Made by a program: the position numbers and the translations under genes
Assembly (NCBI GenBank): GCA_001179505.1
Contig: CDMY01000336.1
Coordinates: 310,001 to 374,000, forward strand
DNA length: 64,000 bases
Source: Vitrella brassicaformis CCMP3155
Taxonomy: Eukaryota; Protista; Chromerida
Reading direction: 5' to 3'
In this document: piece by piece, positions 34,701 to 48,084 of the stretch
Layout: each line of letters begins with the position of its first letter
Numbering within the stretch: the stretch's first letter is position 1
Notes under the pieces: model-generated
The model's database searches: none
Seen by the model: only the letters and a program-made list of their open reading frames with translations
Told to the model about the DNA's origin: nothing

Positions 34701-37700
34701 TGCAAACACACTGCCAGCATAGTGCTGCTTTGCTTGCTGGTTGGTTGATGTGATGCCATCCATGCCCACCTCACCTCTCTGTACATGAAAGGTGATATGA
34801 GCACGTGATCTCGCTTGATGACGCTCCACAGTGTGTAGATGAAGAGCCTTGACGGCTCGTTGACATGCTGGTAGGCAATGGGGTCTCCGGGCCCCTTCGG
34901 ACCGGTCACGCCATCACCTGTCGGGCCAACAACCTCCGTCACGCCCTTCTTGCCCTCGCGCCGGGCACGCCTGATAGAAACGCAGGAATGTGTGCAAGTG
35001 TCGACGCGTGGCATGACAATGATTTTGTGGCGGCGAGTGTGCGCACTTTTTCTCTTTGTGTTTCTTGCGCCTGTCGACTTGCCAGCCCCAGAAGGTGCAC
35101 AACGCATTGGCCAGCAGGACCAAGGCCAGCGACAATCCCACCGCAAGATTGGTCGTCTCCAGACCTGCAGCCACACAGGACCTAAGGGATTGAGACGAAT
35201 TTCCCCTTCTGCAGACATCGCCTGCGCACCAGCGTCGAGCAGCAGCGATGCAGCGTCGTAGAAAGTCTCAATGTCGAGCAGCCTGCCGTCGAGGAACAGA
35301 CCCATGTCGCTCAGCTGGCTAGTAAGGCAACCCAGTCCGTCATTGGCAATGCCCCTGCGAGACCATGCCCCACCAGCCGTCCCGGGGGCAAACCGATCCC
35401 ACACCACACACTGACCTGCACGCATTCGAGACACACACACAAGGTGAATGCAACAGAAAGCATGCCCTCAAAGCATTATTTTCACTCACCGGACGAGAAG
35501 CTCTTGACATTTGCGAACACCCGCGTGAATTGGCTTTCGTTCTTGTCGAGTTCGTTGGTGTTGGCTTTGAGCGGCAGCATGGTGATGACGTATGTGAAGT
35601 TGCCGGGGGGGTTGGAGTCGGACCAGTCGTAGATGTTCTTGGTGTAGGCCACGAAGATGAATGAGAAAGCGTTGAGGGGGTTGTCGGGTGTGGGCTCGTC
35701 GGGCGTGTCGGGCGGGACGGTGTACTGCTGAGGGAAGATGAACTGGGGATGCACCGCTGAGAGATCGGTCGTCTTGCCTGCAATGCATTGCATTGAGTGT
35801 GGCGGAGACGGAAACATCCACACCAGCATGTATGCATGTCCCTGAGCGCGTGTATGGGTGTCTGTCTTGCTCGCTGACCGAGTGTGATGTCGAATCCCGG
35901 CGTCTGGTACTGCAGGGGCAGCTCATTCGATATGAGGTTGGCAATCAGCTGCTTGGACAGGACGTCTCGCGACACGGCGATGCGGGTCATCAGCTGTGAC
36001 TTGTTCCTCTGCTCGCTATACAGGGTGTCCGCCAGCACCTTCAAGGTCGCCTCGAACTGAGCACGACGGACGGCCTGCTCATCGGCCGGCAGATCCTTGA
36101 TCTCAACTTCGAACTTGGCATACCGCTGCAGCTCCTCCTGTGCCCAGGGAGATGTCAACGGATGCGGACACAACACTGGAGGGGGCAGCTCAGAGCCATG
36201 TCAACTCTCTGCTCACCCGTCTCTGTCTGTCCAGCTCGGTCTGCAGCTCCATGACTTCATCGAGCAGCGGACCCTCCAGCGACTCGAGGCCATCATAGTC
36301 TTCCTCACCAGAGTTGGTCAGATACCCAATTGTGCGCATCACCGAGGCCCGCTGTGATTCCTCTGTGTCGTCTGTCTGCGTCGCATTCGCTGCTTGCAGT
36401 CTCCGTTGCGTGGTGGACCCGAAGAGCCGTCGTCTCGTCGGAACGGCACCCTTGCCGCTCTTGATAGCCATCATCGACCGTGTAGGGACCTTGTACGACG
36501 CCAGCAACTGTGTCGCAAGGGCGCTCTGGTTGTGGTGGGCGCCAACAAGGTCCAGGGCATCCAACACGGCCTGGTTAAGGCCAGCTTCCCTCCATTTGGG
36601 CAGGCTCCATATCTCCTCTGTGGCTCTGCTCCTCGCGTAAGAGACGACATCGGGGTTGCGGGTGTTGACTGTTCGCGTGGCGAACTCGACTTGTTCCGCT
36701 GGATTGGACAAGGGGTTTGCATTGAGGCCTCCCGTCTGCTCGCCGGGCAGCAGGACGCCGAGGATGTAGAACGAGATGGCCGAGAGCGACATGCCGTCCT
36801 CACTAGATGGGTCGAAGGCGCCGATGCTGACGCCAGAGTTGACGAGGTTCTCGAGCACGTCCATGGGTTTGTCCGACCTGAGCCCCTTGTCAGTGACTAC
36901 AGCCAGGAAGAGGAGCTTCTGCTGCAGCACTTGGGGTGTATCGGGTGAGTCCCTCGTCCTCTCTGTCATGATGTCCAGCATCTTCTCAAGCAGCGTCTGC
37001 GTCTCGGGGTCAAGCTCCTCACCTGGTCCAGGCGGCTCGGGATCTGAGAGATGGGAGAGAGACACATGCAGGACCGAAGCATGAGACACAATGCTCTCGT
37101 GTGCGCTTGAGGCGAGGCTTCCTCACCGACGATGCTGAGTGCCGTTTGGAGGGTCTGCACGACAGTCTCGGGGTCCTGCGCCTCTGCCTCATCGAGCAGG
37201 TCGTCCACGGCCCCAGTGACGTTCTCGGGCCGTGTGCTCGATATGGAAAGATACTCAGTGGTCCGGGCACCAAACGGTGTGAACACCTCCACGAACGTAA
37301 CGAGCGTCCCGTTGCTCCCGGTGCCAACAGGCAGTGAGTTGACCTTGACTTGAGAGACGGGGAGAGGAGCCGTCGTGATCTTCACGCGCACAATGTCAAC
37401 TATGCCGTCCTGAAAAGAGACACAGAGGAACCGCGCCCTTTCCTTTTCATGGTGCCGCATCCATGTATCCATACCGTTTCGAGTTGCGATAAGTACCCAA
37501 AATCATACGAGAGGGGCGTGTCATCAGCCGTCCAGTCAGGGGCGCTTAGCGTCCTCGGCGTTGTGGACGTGGCAGCAAGCGGCGTCACAATCAGCTGTCC
37601 TCCCTTGGGCGGCAGTCCCGCAGTCACGATCGTCACATCCGTGTAGCCCTCAGCCAATCCTACTCGCGTCACGAGGCGGAACTTGTACGTTGTTGATCCC

Positions 37701-40700
37701 GACAGGACGTTGGAGTAGATGACAAGGTTGGGACTGCTGGGATCGGTCTGAAATAGCGATGCATTGTTGATGTTGAGGATGTCTTCCGCCACCTCCACAA
37801 ACTTGTACCGGTCAACCAGATACGGGTTGTCGGTGCCCTCGCGCTCCCGGAACTCGTCTGCGTCCCAGTCGGGATTGAGGTCGTACACAAAGATCTGCAA
37901 ACAAGAGACACATGAATCCACACCGGTCAAGAGTCTCGTTTGACTGTTTGCCTGGTCACCTTCCAGGAGAAAAGGGGCGGGTTGTTTGGGTCTCTCTCCC
38001 CTTCGATCGTGCCCACGATGCGTATGGGGTCGCTGATGGCATATATCTCCTTAACGTTGGTCACCTGCAGACGCACATCTGACAGAAGCAAAGCAAACAC
38101 GAGTGAGTCCACTAAGACATTGATGCCAGTAAGGTAAGGTGTCTGTCTCACTGGGAATGGTTTCTCTCGTGATGTTGATGAAGGCATCTCCCGTCGCCTT
38201 GCGGCCATCTGCGGCAGTGATGATGGCGGTGAACTTGTACTCGCCTTCTTTGAACATGTCCGTCCGCACCATGATGACGCCCCTCGTGTAGCTGCAGTAG
38301 TTGAGGTTCAGCTCCTCCAGCAAAGGCACGGCGAACTCCACACCTCCATCCAGCACCTTCCTGTCCTTGTCTGTCTCACAGACCGACATATTGGTGATCC
38401 GAGGCAGATTCCCTCCGTAGCAAGGGATGCGATCGGGGTCATAGCACTGAGGACGTGGGACAAAACATGAGACACGCCGCGGCAGTACTGCTTCGGTTAT
38501 CTCGTCTCACCTCCCATTCGAACGTGCCGGCGAATGTCTTGCCCGCTCCTGTTGGGAAGTCGGGGTCCTGTGACTGGCGGGCATCGAGAATCAACAGACG
38601 GCCGCGGGTCAGCCCACGAGACTCACGACGATACACCACAAAAATGGGAGACCTGAGCGAGAGGTGAGTCCACAGGATGAGAGCACAGCCGTCGTCTTCT
38701 CGTGTCGGTCACTCACTCACCTCTGGACTTTGATTCTGACAGACTTGGTGGTGACCTTTTCTGGCGCGCTAATGACGAAGACCGACACGGTGAAGTTGTA
38801 TGACGTCTCGGGCATAAGCGTGAATGGCGGAATGACCAACGTTCTGGACTGCCTCTTGATGCTCGGGAAGTTGGCAAAGTTGAGATTGCCGGTCTTCTCG
38901 CCCCACTGGAAGCCGAGCTTGCGATCGACGCCAGGGCACATCGACGGAAGAGCTTCAGAGATGAGACTCACTTGCTGCGTTCTGTTTGCTGTGATGTCTG
39001 TGAGACCCAGGATGGACACCATAGGAGCGGGGAAGTCGAGCTTGTTGACATTGATGAGTGTGATGGAAGTCACATCCCAGAAAGACAGCACCGTCAAGTT
39101 GAGGCGGAAATTGGTCGCCGGCTCCAGCTCGAAGGCACCCATCTCCACACGGGGACTGTTGCTCGCTGTGTACGAGGCAAGCCGACTCTGAGACAAGAAG
39201 AACTCTAATGCAATAATTCTGCTTCTTTCCCTCGTCTTCTGTGCCTGCTGACCTTGAACAGATCGATCAACGTCTGGTTGAACACCCGATCGGGCCTGTT
39301 GTTCAAATCACTGTAGCCCAGAAGGCTCCAAAAGTACTTAGGCCGGCCGCCAACATTGAACGTGTCGGCAGCATCCAGCTCCATCGGCGAACACTCATCC
39401 AGCTCTGTCGAGCCCGACAAGACGATAGATGGCGGAAGCAGGGGGTCGGGATAGCCGACAAGGATGCCTCCAATGGCGGGCATCGACCACTCATCGTTGC
39501 GTGGCTGGGTCCAGATGGTGTAGGGGCGGACAAACAAGTTATCGTTCACCTGCAAGGCGGCCAACAGAGGAGGGTGTGTGCATGGATATCTTTTTGTTGT
39601 TTTCATCTTGTTGGCCGACCCTGATAATGAAGTCAATGGGAAGTGAAATGATGACTTTGGCGTCCGTGGCCCAGTCACAGATGGCCCCTACCAGCAGGGC
39701 AGCTGACTCATCATCGAATATACGACCACACTCCACCTGGATAAAGAAGCGCATACAATACATGCATTCACGGCAGGCCGGTCGATGTGCGTGTCTCTGT
39801 CAAGCACCGGTTCGTTCATCTGTGTCGAGTAGTCGATGTAGTCGGGGATCAGATCATCATCAATGTCGACAGGTTTGGCGCCACGAAGAGTCGACCTGCC
39901 AAAAGAGAAAGACAAGACGTGCATATTCCATGCTGACATCCTGGAGACCATTTCCTCCCTCACTGACGTGGAGAAGTCCACAATGATGCTCGACGCCTCC
40001 ATCATGAAGACGGCCCGGATCAGCTCTGGAGGCGGCAGCGTCAGAGGCACACGTGGGTCCCGATTGTACACCTGTGCCGTGGATGTCTCGATCGGCATGG
40101 TGCCGTTGTCTCCCCACAGCTCCTTGGCCTTGGTGCGGATGTCAACCTGCACGACGGTGGGCTCCGTGGCCCTGAATGGCTCCTTGCGTGTGGCAATGAT
40201 GGTCTTGTTGAACATGTGGTCGCTGCACACGCCACCCACGTAGAAGCCCCAGTCGTCCTCGGTGCTCTCGGGGCCGGAGTTGTAGATGCTGGAGGAAGGG
40301 TCGTAGAGGACGTCGTTATAGGTCTGGGCCACGTCTGCCGATGTCAGGAGCTTCATTGGCACAAGCGGGTCGAATTGCCAGTCGATGGCCACCGTGTCTG
40401 CACACACAGACAAGAACAGACAGCACTGACAGGCCTGTGTGTCCACACACTTGCAGCCAAGCTTAGCGGCGCAGCCGCACTGACCGTCGTCTCGCCTCAA
40501 GTAGTTTCCGAGATAAAGATACTGCAGCAGCCCACTATCCCGAGCACCCATGGCAGTCAGGTCGCCGTATTTCTCATTGAAAGTCAACATTGTCACCCTG
40601 AAGTCGACTGTGCGTTCCTCCAGCCCCACGTGATTGCGCATGTCATAAAACAGGAGACGGTCAGTGAGAGGCGCATTCAGGCCTACACGCCATGCACACA

Positions 40701-41900
40701 TCAAGAGACACAAGCCCGCATATACTAGAATCAATCACCGCTGTGCTCATTCATTCGTGGCCCGCTCACCCTACCCTTGTCGGAGAGAGAGTCTTCATCG
40801 GTGACGACAAAGGCATACACATCGTGAAGAGAGTTGATGGCCGACACCGGCGAGAAAAGGAACCTGCTGTAGGCCGCACCCCCGCCGCCCTGCACCACCA
40901 ATGGATAGGTGGTCGTAGTCATTTTGGGGTTGCGCGCATCGCTGGTGTTGATGCGGATCTGGGCGAACTCATAGCTGAAGTCTCTCTCCCCAGTCCCCGT
41001 GTTCCAATCGCTGTTGATCTGGACACCGACAATCCTCGATGAGTCGATGTCGTAATGGATGCCGTGCAGCTCCCCGGAGTAGCCCAGGTCCGTGTTGGTC
41101 AGCCGTAGCTGGTGCTGATACAGGGGCTTCCCCGTCAGTGTCGATATGCAGTGCAGCCAAAACTGCCAGTAGGGGCCGTAGTCTGTCGGGCTGTTCGATC
41201 TTGTCTTCTGCGTGGCCACAACCGTGTAGAACATGTACCGCCACGGGTCATATCCCCCAATGCTGCCCCCCTGGTCCCGATCATACTCCCGAAATCCCGA
41301 CCATATCCCCGCTCCTCCGCCACATCTGCCCGGCGTGTCAAACTCTTCACAAGGGTTGTTACACAACTCGTCACCGATCTGCGAGATGCCCGGGACGATC
41401 CCTTCCGTGTGTGTAAAGCACGCGCAGCCAGTGCCGCGGACCAGCACCATAATGTCGCCTGTGCTCCATGCCGGGTCCTTGATGTCATTGTGTGGCTGGT
41501 TGGCCTTCTCAATGCATCGGCCAGTGCAGTTGACGGGGTCGGGTGCGTCGAGGGTCTCCTCCATTGCCTCGGCTGCACCGCCGCTGCTCGAGAAGCACCC
41601 TACCTAGCCACAGCACACAACACAACACAGGTCAGCAGACACCTCTCTCTGCACTGATTGGTGAGTATTGGTACCCACCCAGAGGAATCTTGATTTGAGT
41701 TTGAATGCCTGCGGCTCGCCCTGCTCGTCGACCTTGGAGAGATAGAGGATATGCGGGTTGACGAAACTCCCATCAGCCAGCTCCCGCGGCCTGTGCTGCA
41801 CCGACTCGATGGAAAGCCCATCCACTCCCCGCAGCAGACTGGCGCATACTAGCAGCACCGCAACAGTGTATGCATTCCTCGAACACATCCCCATCTGCAT
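31790..41900 (-). CDS. Polycystin-1 (PKD1)-like adhesion receptor: signal peptide, WSC, REJ, GPS/GAIN, 5 TM and polyproline cytoplasmic regions
   Basis: Signal peptide (AVLLVCASLLRGVDG). WSC-like GCF...CTGRC...GTGCAC...CNNPC...CGG (~41300-41590). REJ-like PSIVLSGSTELDECSPMELDAADT and PPKGGQLIVTP...APDW...PLSYDFGY. GPS-like CVVWD...W...G...CLTSQLSDMGLF (~35290-35415). TM1 NLAVGLSLALVLLANALCTFWGW; then RDHVLISPF-YSRPQRLVCLGVCVVGIMAFNAVLY-GLLSGLLIFPIFVGFGLMF; Pro-rich loop; VVLLPYIASTTFMTAATVIVLTYG-WLYASVVGFCLVSLVLDVLRAIL; Pro/Gln-rich tail. Confidence 0.8.
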
Positions 41901-42178
41901 CGGAAGGTGAGAATACGTCAACACACAGTCAGTCATCAGTCCTTGTAGAGATGGCTCAATGACGGCCCCTCGAGCGAATCGCACTTACGGCGGCTTGGCG
42001 CATGCTCCACTGTCAGAAAACAGTCATATTTGCATTGCAGACTGATCCCGAGACGCAGTCTTTCTCTCGGCCCCTTTGCGCGCTTAGCTCGCATCCATTG
42101 GCTCGCATCCGACCTTCCCTGTAGATTCCCCCCCTAGCCCCGACTAGGCTGCACAGGTCATTTGCTGTGCTGCTGCTG

Positions 42179-44298
42179 ATGCTGCTGATGCTGTTGCCGT
42201 GCTTCTGCTTTATGCTCTCGCAGGCAAGCGCGTTTGTTCCATCTTGTAGGCCGTTTGCCCCAGCTCTGCAGCCTCTCCTCTCATCAAGCAGCAGCGGCAG
42301 AGCGCTATCTGCGTTGCAGCAGACAGGCAGAGGCCAGCTGAGTGTCGCCGACCCGAAGGATGAGCCATCGACAGGCGCTGCAAGAGAGCAGGTATGGACA
42401 TTGAGGCGCACGAATGAGAGATCTGACGTGCTTCTGCACTCCGATCTTGCCTCGTGTGTGTATGTGCAGGCCATCGATTTGTTGCGTTCAGTGACACAAC
42501 GCCTTGAACTGTCATCGGACGACGATGCGCTGCGGTTGCTGAGTCAAATGGAGAAGTATGGCATCACGGAGCGGCTGGAGGCTCTGTACAACCAGACAGC
42601 TGGCGTGGAGCGGGGAGCCCCTGCAACGGCAGCAGCGGAGGAAGAGGAGGGCACCCTGCTGACGTCACTTTCCGACGCTCTCGGCCGGGGCCTCTCAGCG
42701 CCGGCCAGAGTGCGGGACGTGCTCAAGAGTGAGCTGACCGAGTTCGACATTCGCGTGGTCGTCCCTGCCTTCGCTGCGGCATCCCTCGTGGTGCTGGCCT
42801 TCCTCACGTCGTTTGCCCTGCTGCTGGGGTCGTCGCTGTCGACCTTCTTCGTCATCCTGAAGGCCGACATCCTGGGGCTGCTGGCCGACTACGACACGCT
42901 GCTGACCGACTACCCACTGGAGACGAAAATCATCACCACAGTGCTCTTCTTCGCGCTGGGAGGTGAGGTGGGCAGGACGGGCGGGGCGGAGGTGCAAATG
43001 GGTCCTCACTGATCGATCACTTTCATGTTTCTGACGTCTGGTGTGGTGTTATCGATCAGATGTCATCGCACAGCTTGTGGAGCAGAGCGACCGCAGGGCT
43101 CAGGTTGAGTCGGCCACTCCATTCATGCCCCTGCCATCACAGTACCAGCAGGCTGACAGCAGCAACCCGCTGCTATCGTCCTGGATGGCCGAGTCGGCCA
43201 AGGCCCAGGCTGAGATCAACTCAAAGGCGGCGGCCATCGGCCGGAAGGCCAAGGCCTGGGGGCAGTCCGTCAGCTCCCTTGACATGGAGAGGACTTTTAG
43301 GATGGGCGCCTGGGGCTTCTTTAGTGGACCCGTTGGGGACGCATGGTACCAGGTGAGAGAGTCGCTGGCCTGGGTGGTGGGAGAACTGACTGGCATTGGT
43401 GCTGTCTGTTGTGCGTTGGTTGGGTGTGTGTGTCAGTGGTTGGATGGTGCAGTGTCTACGAGGCTGAGCAGCTATGCGCCGGTGGAGAGGCTGTTTGCCA
43501 AGGTAGCGGCCGATCAGCTCTTGTGGGTGCCCATCCAGCACGCCATCTTCCTCGCGGTGCGTGTGACAATGACAACACAGATGCCTCTCTTTGACCACAC
43601 ATGCTCAGCTCAAGTGTTCCTGTGTCCCTATGCTGCTCAGTTGGTGACGTCGCTGGAGGTCAAGCGATTGGACTTCGATGCAATCAAGAAGGTGAGTGAC
43701 ACACTGACTTAAGTGCGGCAGCGATGCCTGTGACATGGGTGGCTGGGAGCCACGGACGGACCGGTCTGTCGTCGTTTGTGTGATTCAGGCGATTCGGTTG
43801 AAGTGGACGAAGATTCTGCTGGCTGGTTACCGCCTGTGGCCCTTCGTCCAGCTGCTTAACTTTTACTTAGTGCCTGTGCAGTACCGAATCATCCTGGTCC
43901 GTGACACGACCCACATGCAGACATACACATGACGCCGGACCGACACTGTTGCGCCTGTCCTGTGCTGCGAGCAGACTGATGTGGTCACCATCTTCTGGGC
44001 AAGTATCAAATCAAGGTGACAACGGCGTCAGTCACTGGGAGCAACACCATGCACACATACTGACTGCTCGGGTGTCTTTCCTTTCTACATCAGGCTGACC
44101 AACACGCAGGGCAAGACCGAAACGACACCATCGGCAGAGAACCAGCCAGCCGATGCCGAGTCATCGCCAGCAGCAGCGCCAACCGACGATGCTGCCAGCG
44201 ACACAGCAGAGCGCACGAAGGACACCAAGAAAGGGAGCGAATCTCCACCACGAAAGGGTGGCGTGCTCAAGCAGTGGACCGAGGAACCATCAAGATGA
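42179..44298 (+). CDS. Mpv17/PMP22 family membrane protein with a bipartite (plastid-type) leader
   Basis: Leader MLLMLLPCFCFMLSQASA|FVPS with an S/R-rich transit. Family motifs YDTLLTDYPLETKIITT...LGDVIAQ, DMERTFRMGAWGFFSGPVGDAWY, KVAADQLLWVP and YRLWPFVQLLNFYLVPVQYR. TGA at 44296-44298. Confidence 0.88.
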
Positions 44299-44825
44299 TG
44301 GTTGGCGTGCTGGTGCCCAATTGACGCGTATGCGGCGAGGGGGAGGAGAGGGAGGGGTGCGAGTCGAGTGTGGCATTTCTTGACGCTGACCGGCTCCTGG
44401 CTGGCCGGCTGATGTGTATTAATACTTACCTACTGGTGCGATGGGGCACCATCCATGCCATGCAGCTGTAGAGAGGGCGCTGGCGGGCTGGCTTGTGCGT
44501 GAGTGTTGATTGACTGACTGGCGGGAGCAGTCGATGCATACATACATACAACTGCGATCAAGGGCGGGGAGGCAGGGGAGGGGAGGGGAGAGGAAGTGGC
44601 GAGCGGTTCGTGTGACTGTGATCACAAAAGAGACAGACATTACACTGACTGACATGCAGATATATGGTCTGCCCCAATCTTCTAAGAGATAAGCGTCCCA
44701 CCAATCACACATGTACTGAATATGTAACCTCGGCTGGCTGACCGGCATACACCACCATCAGACGGCTGGCTGACCACACACCGTCTGTCACGTGAACACA
44801 CGGACACGCACACGAACTGTAATCT

Positions 44826-47800
44826 TTATGCTGTCGCCTCGGCTGGCTCGACGGTGACGTTCTGCGACGACCGCCGCTTGTGTCTCGCCACCCTCCCACA
44901 GCTGCCACCGTCAGGTATCACAGGCAATGGGTGGGCCTCTGCACACACACATAGACAGACAGACAAATGCCCTCCAGGATGCGACCAATATGCAGCCTTG
45001 TGTGCGTCCCTTCCTCACCTGTATTGAACACTGTCTGGTCGAGCCTGACGGTGCCTGGTGGGCTGAATGCGATAAGGCAGTACTTAAACGTCTCTGCGAT
45101 CACAAACGTGTCCATCCTGTTCATCTGCCGCGGGGGCACCTGATGTGCACAAATCATACGTACAGTCAAGTGAAGTAAGAGACATGTTGGACCCAAATGT
45201 TCGTGATTGCAATTATGCACATCGAGTATGGGTCACCAAGTGCGGAAAAGCCGTGTGCCCCCTTGCCCCACTTGATTATTGCCAGGAAGATGCGCCAAGC
45301 CCAATTGCGATAGCGAATTCCCCACTCGAGAATCGCCGCCGATTCCTCTTCCTCAGTGACCGTGCTCAAGATGTACTTCTGCCCTTCCTCCCCACCACCA
45401 GTGGTCGGCCTTTGGTCATCTCGCGAGGTGAAGTAATTCGGCCTGCCCTTGAGCTCTATCATATAGGTGAGGGACTCGACCGTTTCTGGCCGCAGGAGTG
45501 TATTGGCGTCGGACATGTCGGTTTTGCATGTCGGACTCGGAGAACCTCACCGTCTCTGGGGTCAGACCTGAATCGGCAGAGAGAGACATTACACATTTGC
45601 TGAGCTCTCTGCTTTTCCCTCTTGGTGCGCACCGCTTTCGGTCCTGAAATACATGGTGACGCAAGTCTTGCACAGCTCGTCCGCCAGCCGCTCCAAGTAG
45701 GTATATCTTCCCTCGTCGATGTTGTCGCATCCTGGGGCAAAGGTGCCATTCTGGCAAGCAGACTGCGGCGGCTCGCCCGGCTGCCGGACCAGAGACGTCC
45801 TCGCCAGCAGCATCAGCACACCGGGCAGAAAGCATGTCTGTGGACAGGAGCAAACGCTCAGGGAAAATTGGACGGCCACAACTTTTGATGCATCTTCTCA
45901 CCAGGTGACCCATTTTGGGGTCCTTGCTTCTGCGGTGCTCCGACACCTCGGCGACATAGACGAGTCCCCGCCGTCCGTAGTGGACCTGCCCCTCCCTGTC
46001 CCCATGTGTCTTGCTCCAGTCTGCCTGGGGCAGTGTCGGCGGTATTGTGGTGTTCGAAAGCAGCTCTGGCAGCCGGCGAAGGAATCCCAGCAGCATGGCT
46101 TGCAACAGCTCGTCTTGTTGCCCTGAGATGCACACAGACGTTGATTGACAGTGGAACCGACACAAGATTCACCTACCTGTAAGAACCCACTCCTTTGCGA
46201 GGTACTCGTAGAAGGAATCGCCTCGTGGACCCAGTGAGATTGTCCCTCTGTGCGTGCTGAGGTCGTTTGGCTTGAGCAGGACGGGCACCAGGCCATGCTT
46301 GCTCACTTGTCTGCGGCGCTCGATCAGGTCTGTCGTCGCCTCGGCTGCCTCTTGGTAGGAGCAATCCCCGGTGAAGTGGCTCAACGTCTTGAACTCGAGC
46401 TGGACTGATCCTATCTCTGAGCAGGGCAAGGAAAGGGGCACTCTTCTGGCTGTGCTGTCCTCTCCTGCGTGTCCCTTGCTATTGCTTACCTGCGAGACAT
46501 GAGGTGCCGGCGAGATTGGCTGCCTTTCCGTTATCTAGAAAGACGTCAGATGTCTGCGGAACATCCACAAATCTTCCACCGTCCATCCACTCCTCGATGA
46601 TAGCACCGCTATCCGACCACTGTCTTGGTGTGGCCGCTGGAGGAAACGCCTTCAGCAGCCGCCCGCCTAGCGATATCGCTTCTTCCAGTACTCGATTAAC
46701 ATTGTGGCCCCGACGCTTCTCCTCTTCTTCTGTCATTTCGTCCTCTTCCTTTCCAGGCAGGCTTGGTCTCAGCAGGGAGTAGATACTCCTGAAGGAGACC
46801 ACCCTGCAGGCGAGTCGACACGAGAAAGGGGGAAATTGTATCCAAGAATGCGCAAATGTTCCTTCATCTCCTCTGGTTGGTACCAGCTGACGGATGGTCG
46901 TCTGACACAGCCAGACACAGACAATCAATGACATGAGTGGACGAGCATTACAACCGATTGCTCAGTCAGCATCCTTTGTGCGTGTTTGCCCATACCTCAA
47001 ACACATTGACGTTGTAGTTGCGATCGAACGAAAGATGGTCCGCCACCCATTGCAATGCCCTGTCCAGTTCTTCATGCAGACCAGCATAGAAAAGAGTGTC
47101 CATTGAGTCGAGGATCATCACTCCGAAGCCGCCCCACGGGTTTTGGCCGATCCCATTGGACGGGGTCATCTCATCGCTGCCAAATGCATGCCGCTCATAC
47201 TTATGCCAGAACCATCGCAGATTGCGCCGCACGAGGCCCTTGCGAATCGCACTCTCTTCCGCCAAGTAATTTGAGAAAGACACACACATATTGCTCATCA
47301 GGGGACACTGTCGGTAGTCCCTGATAGCGCTGAAGGCCTCCATCTGCAACAATGACATGGCCACCAGATCGTCCTCAGACAACAGGTCCATGAGCTGCTT
47401 GGAGCACCTTTGTGTCCGGCGGATCTCCGCAGGCGTCAACTGCCTTCTCGTCACCGTTGCCAGCTGGGGTAGGGCGACTGGGGATGGCGATGGCTCGACG
47501 GCTGGGGGTGCGGACAGGATGCTCATGTGTGTGAATGGCAGCCGATTGCGCAGCAGGAAGCGGGGGAACCTGGGCGGATTCGCCTTCTCCTCAGCCTGGC
47601 CGCCGTGCAGATAGGATGAGAGATCTAGGATCACCAGGAGCATTGTCGTCACCAAGAGCGTCAGACACAGTAATCTGGCCAGGCTCCAGCGCCTCTTGGT
47701 GTTGGTCGCCTTGATAATGTGCGGCAGAGGGAGCAGCAGCTCCTCGGTTGCTGCGGGGTGGCCATTGCGGCGCTTCAGCTGCCTGCAGGGTGCAGATTGC

Positions 47801-47889
47801 TCCACGCACGTGGCAGCTGACGCATCGGTGGGGATTGGTCTTGGGATAGGTCCCAATATCAGGCGTCGAATGGCGCAGCGGATGTTCAT
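44826..47889 (-). CDS. MNS1: Class I alpha-1,2-mannosidase (glycoside hydrolase family 47), type II membrane protein
   Basis: N-terminal TM (LLCLTLLVTTMLLVILDL). GH47 motifs WHKYERHAFGSDE, GVMILDSMDTL, VNVFE-TTIR, EIGSVQLEFKTLS, LGPRGDSFYEYLAK, LLRPETVESL, FVIAETFKY and FNTEAHPLP, with the catalytic E/D/E and the Ca-binding Thr present. Confidence 0.93.
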
Positions 47890-48084
47890 TTTTAAGAAAG
47901 GCGTCACCCCCGTTTACAAGAGACAGTAAATATTAAGTGCGTTGCTCGGCTTACTGTACAGCACTGCATGTACCGTCCAATGCAACACACATGAAATCGA
48001 TCAGCCGTAGCAGCAGCAGCCAAAAGACACCCGCGGTGAACCGACACAATTTCATGCAGAAAGGGGAACCACGGAACCACTCGG

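Noticed and set aside
35168-35184. Apparent 17-nt intron (gtcctgtgtggctgcag) in the polycystin-like gene
   Set aside because: An upstream gtgcgc donor (~35230) gives the same phase with a normal-sized intron, so an ultra-short intron is not needed.
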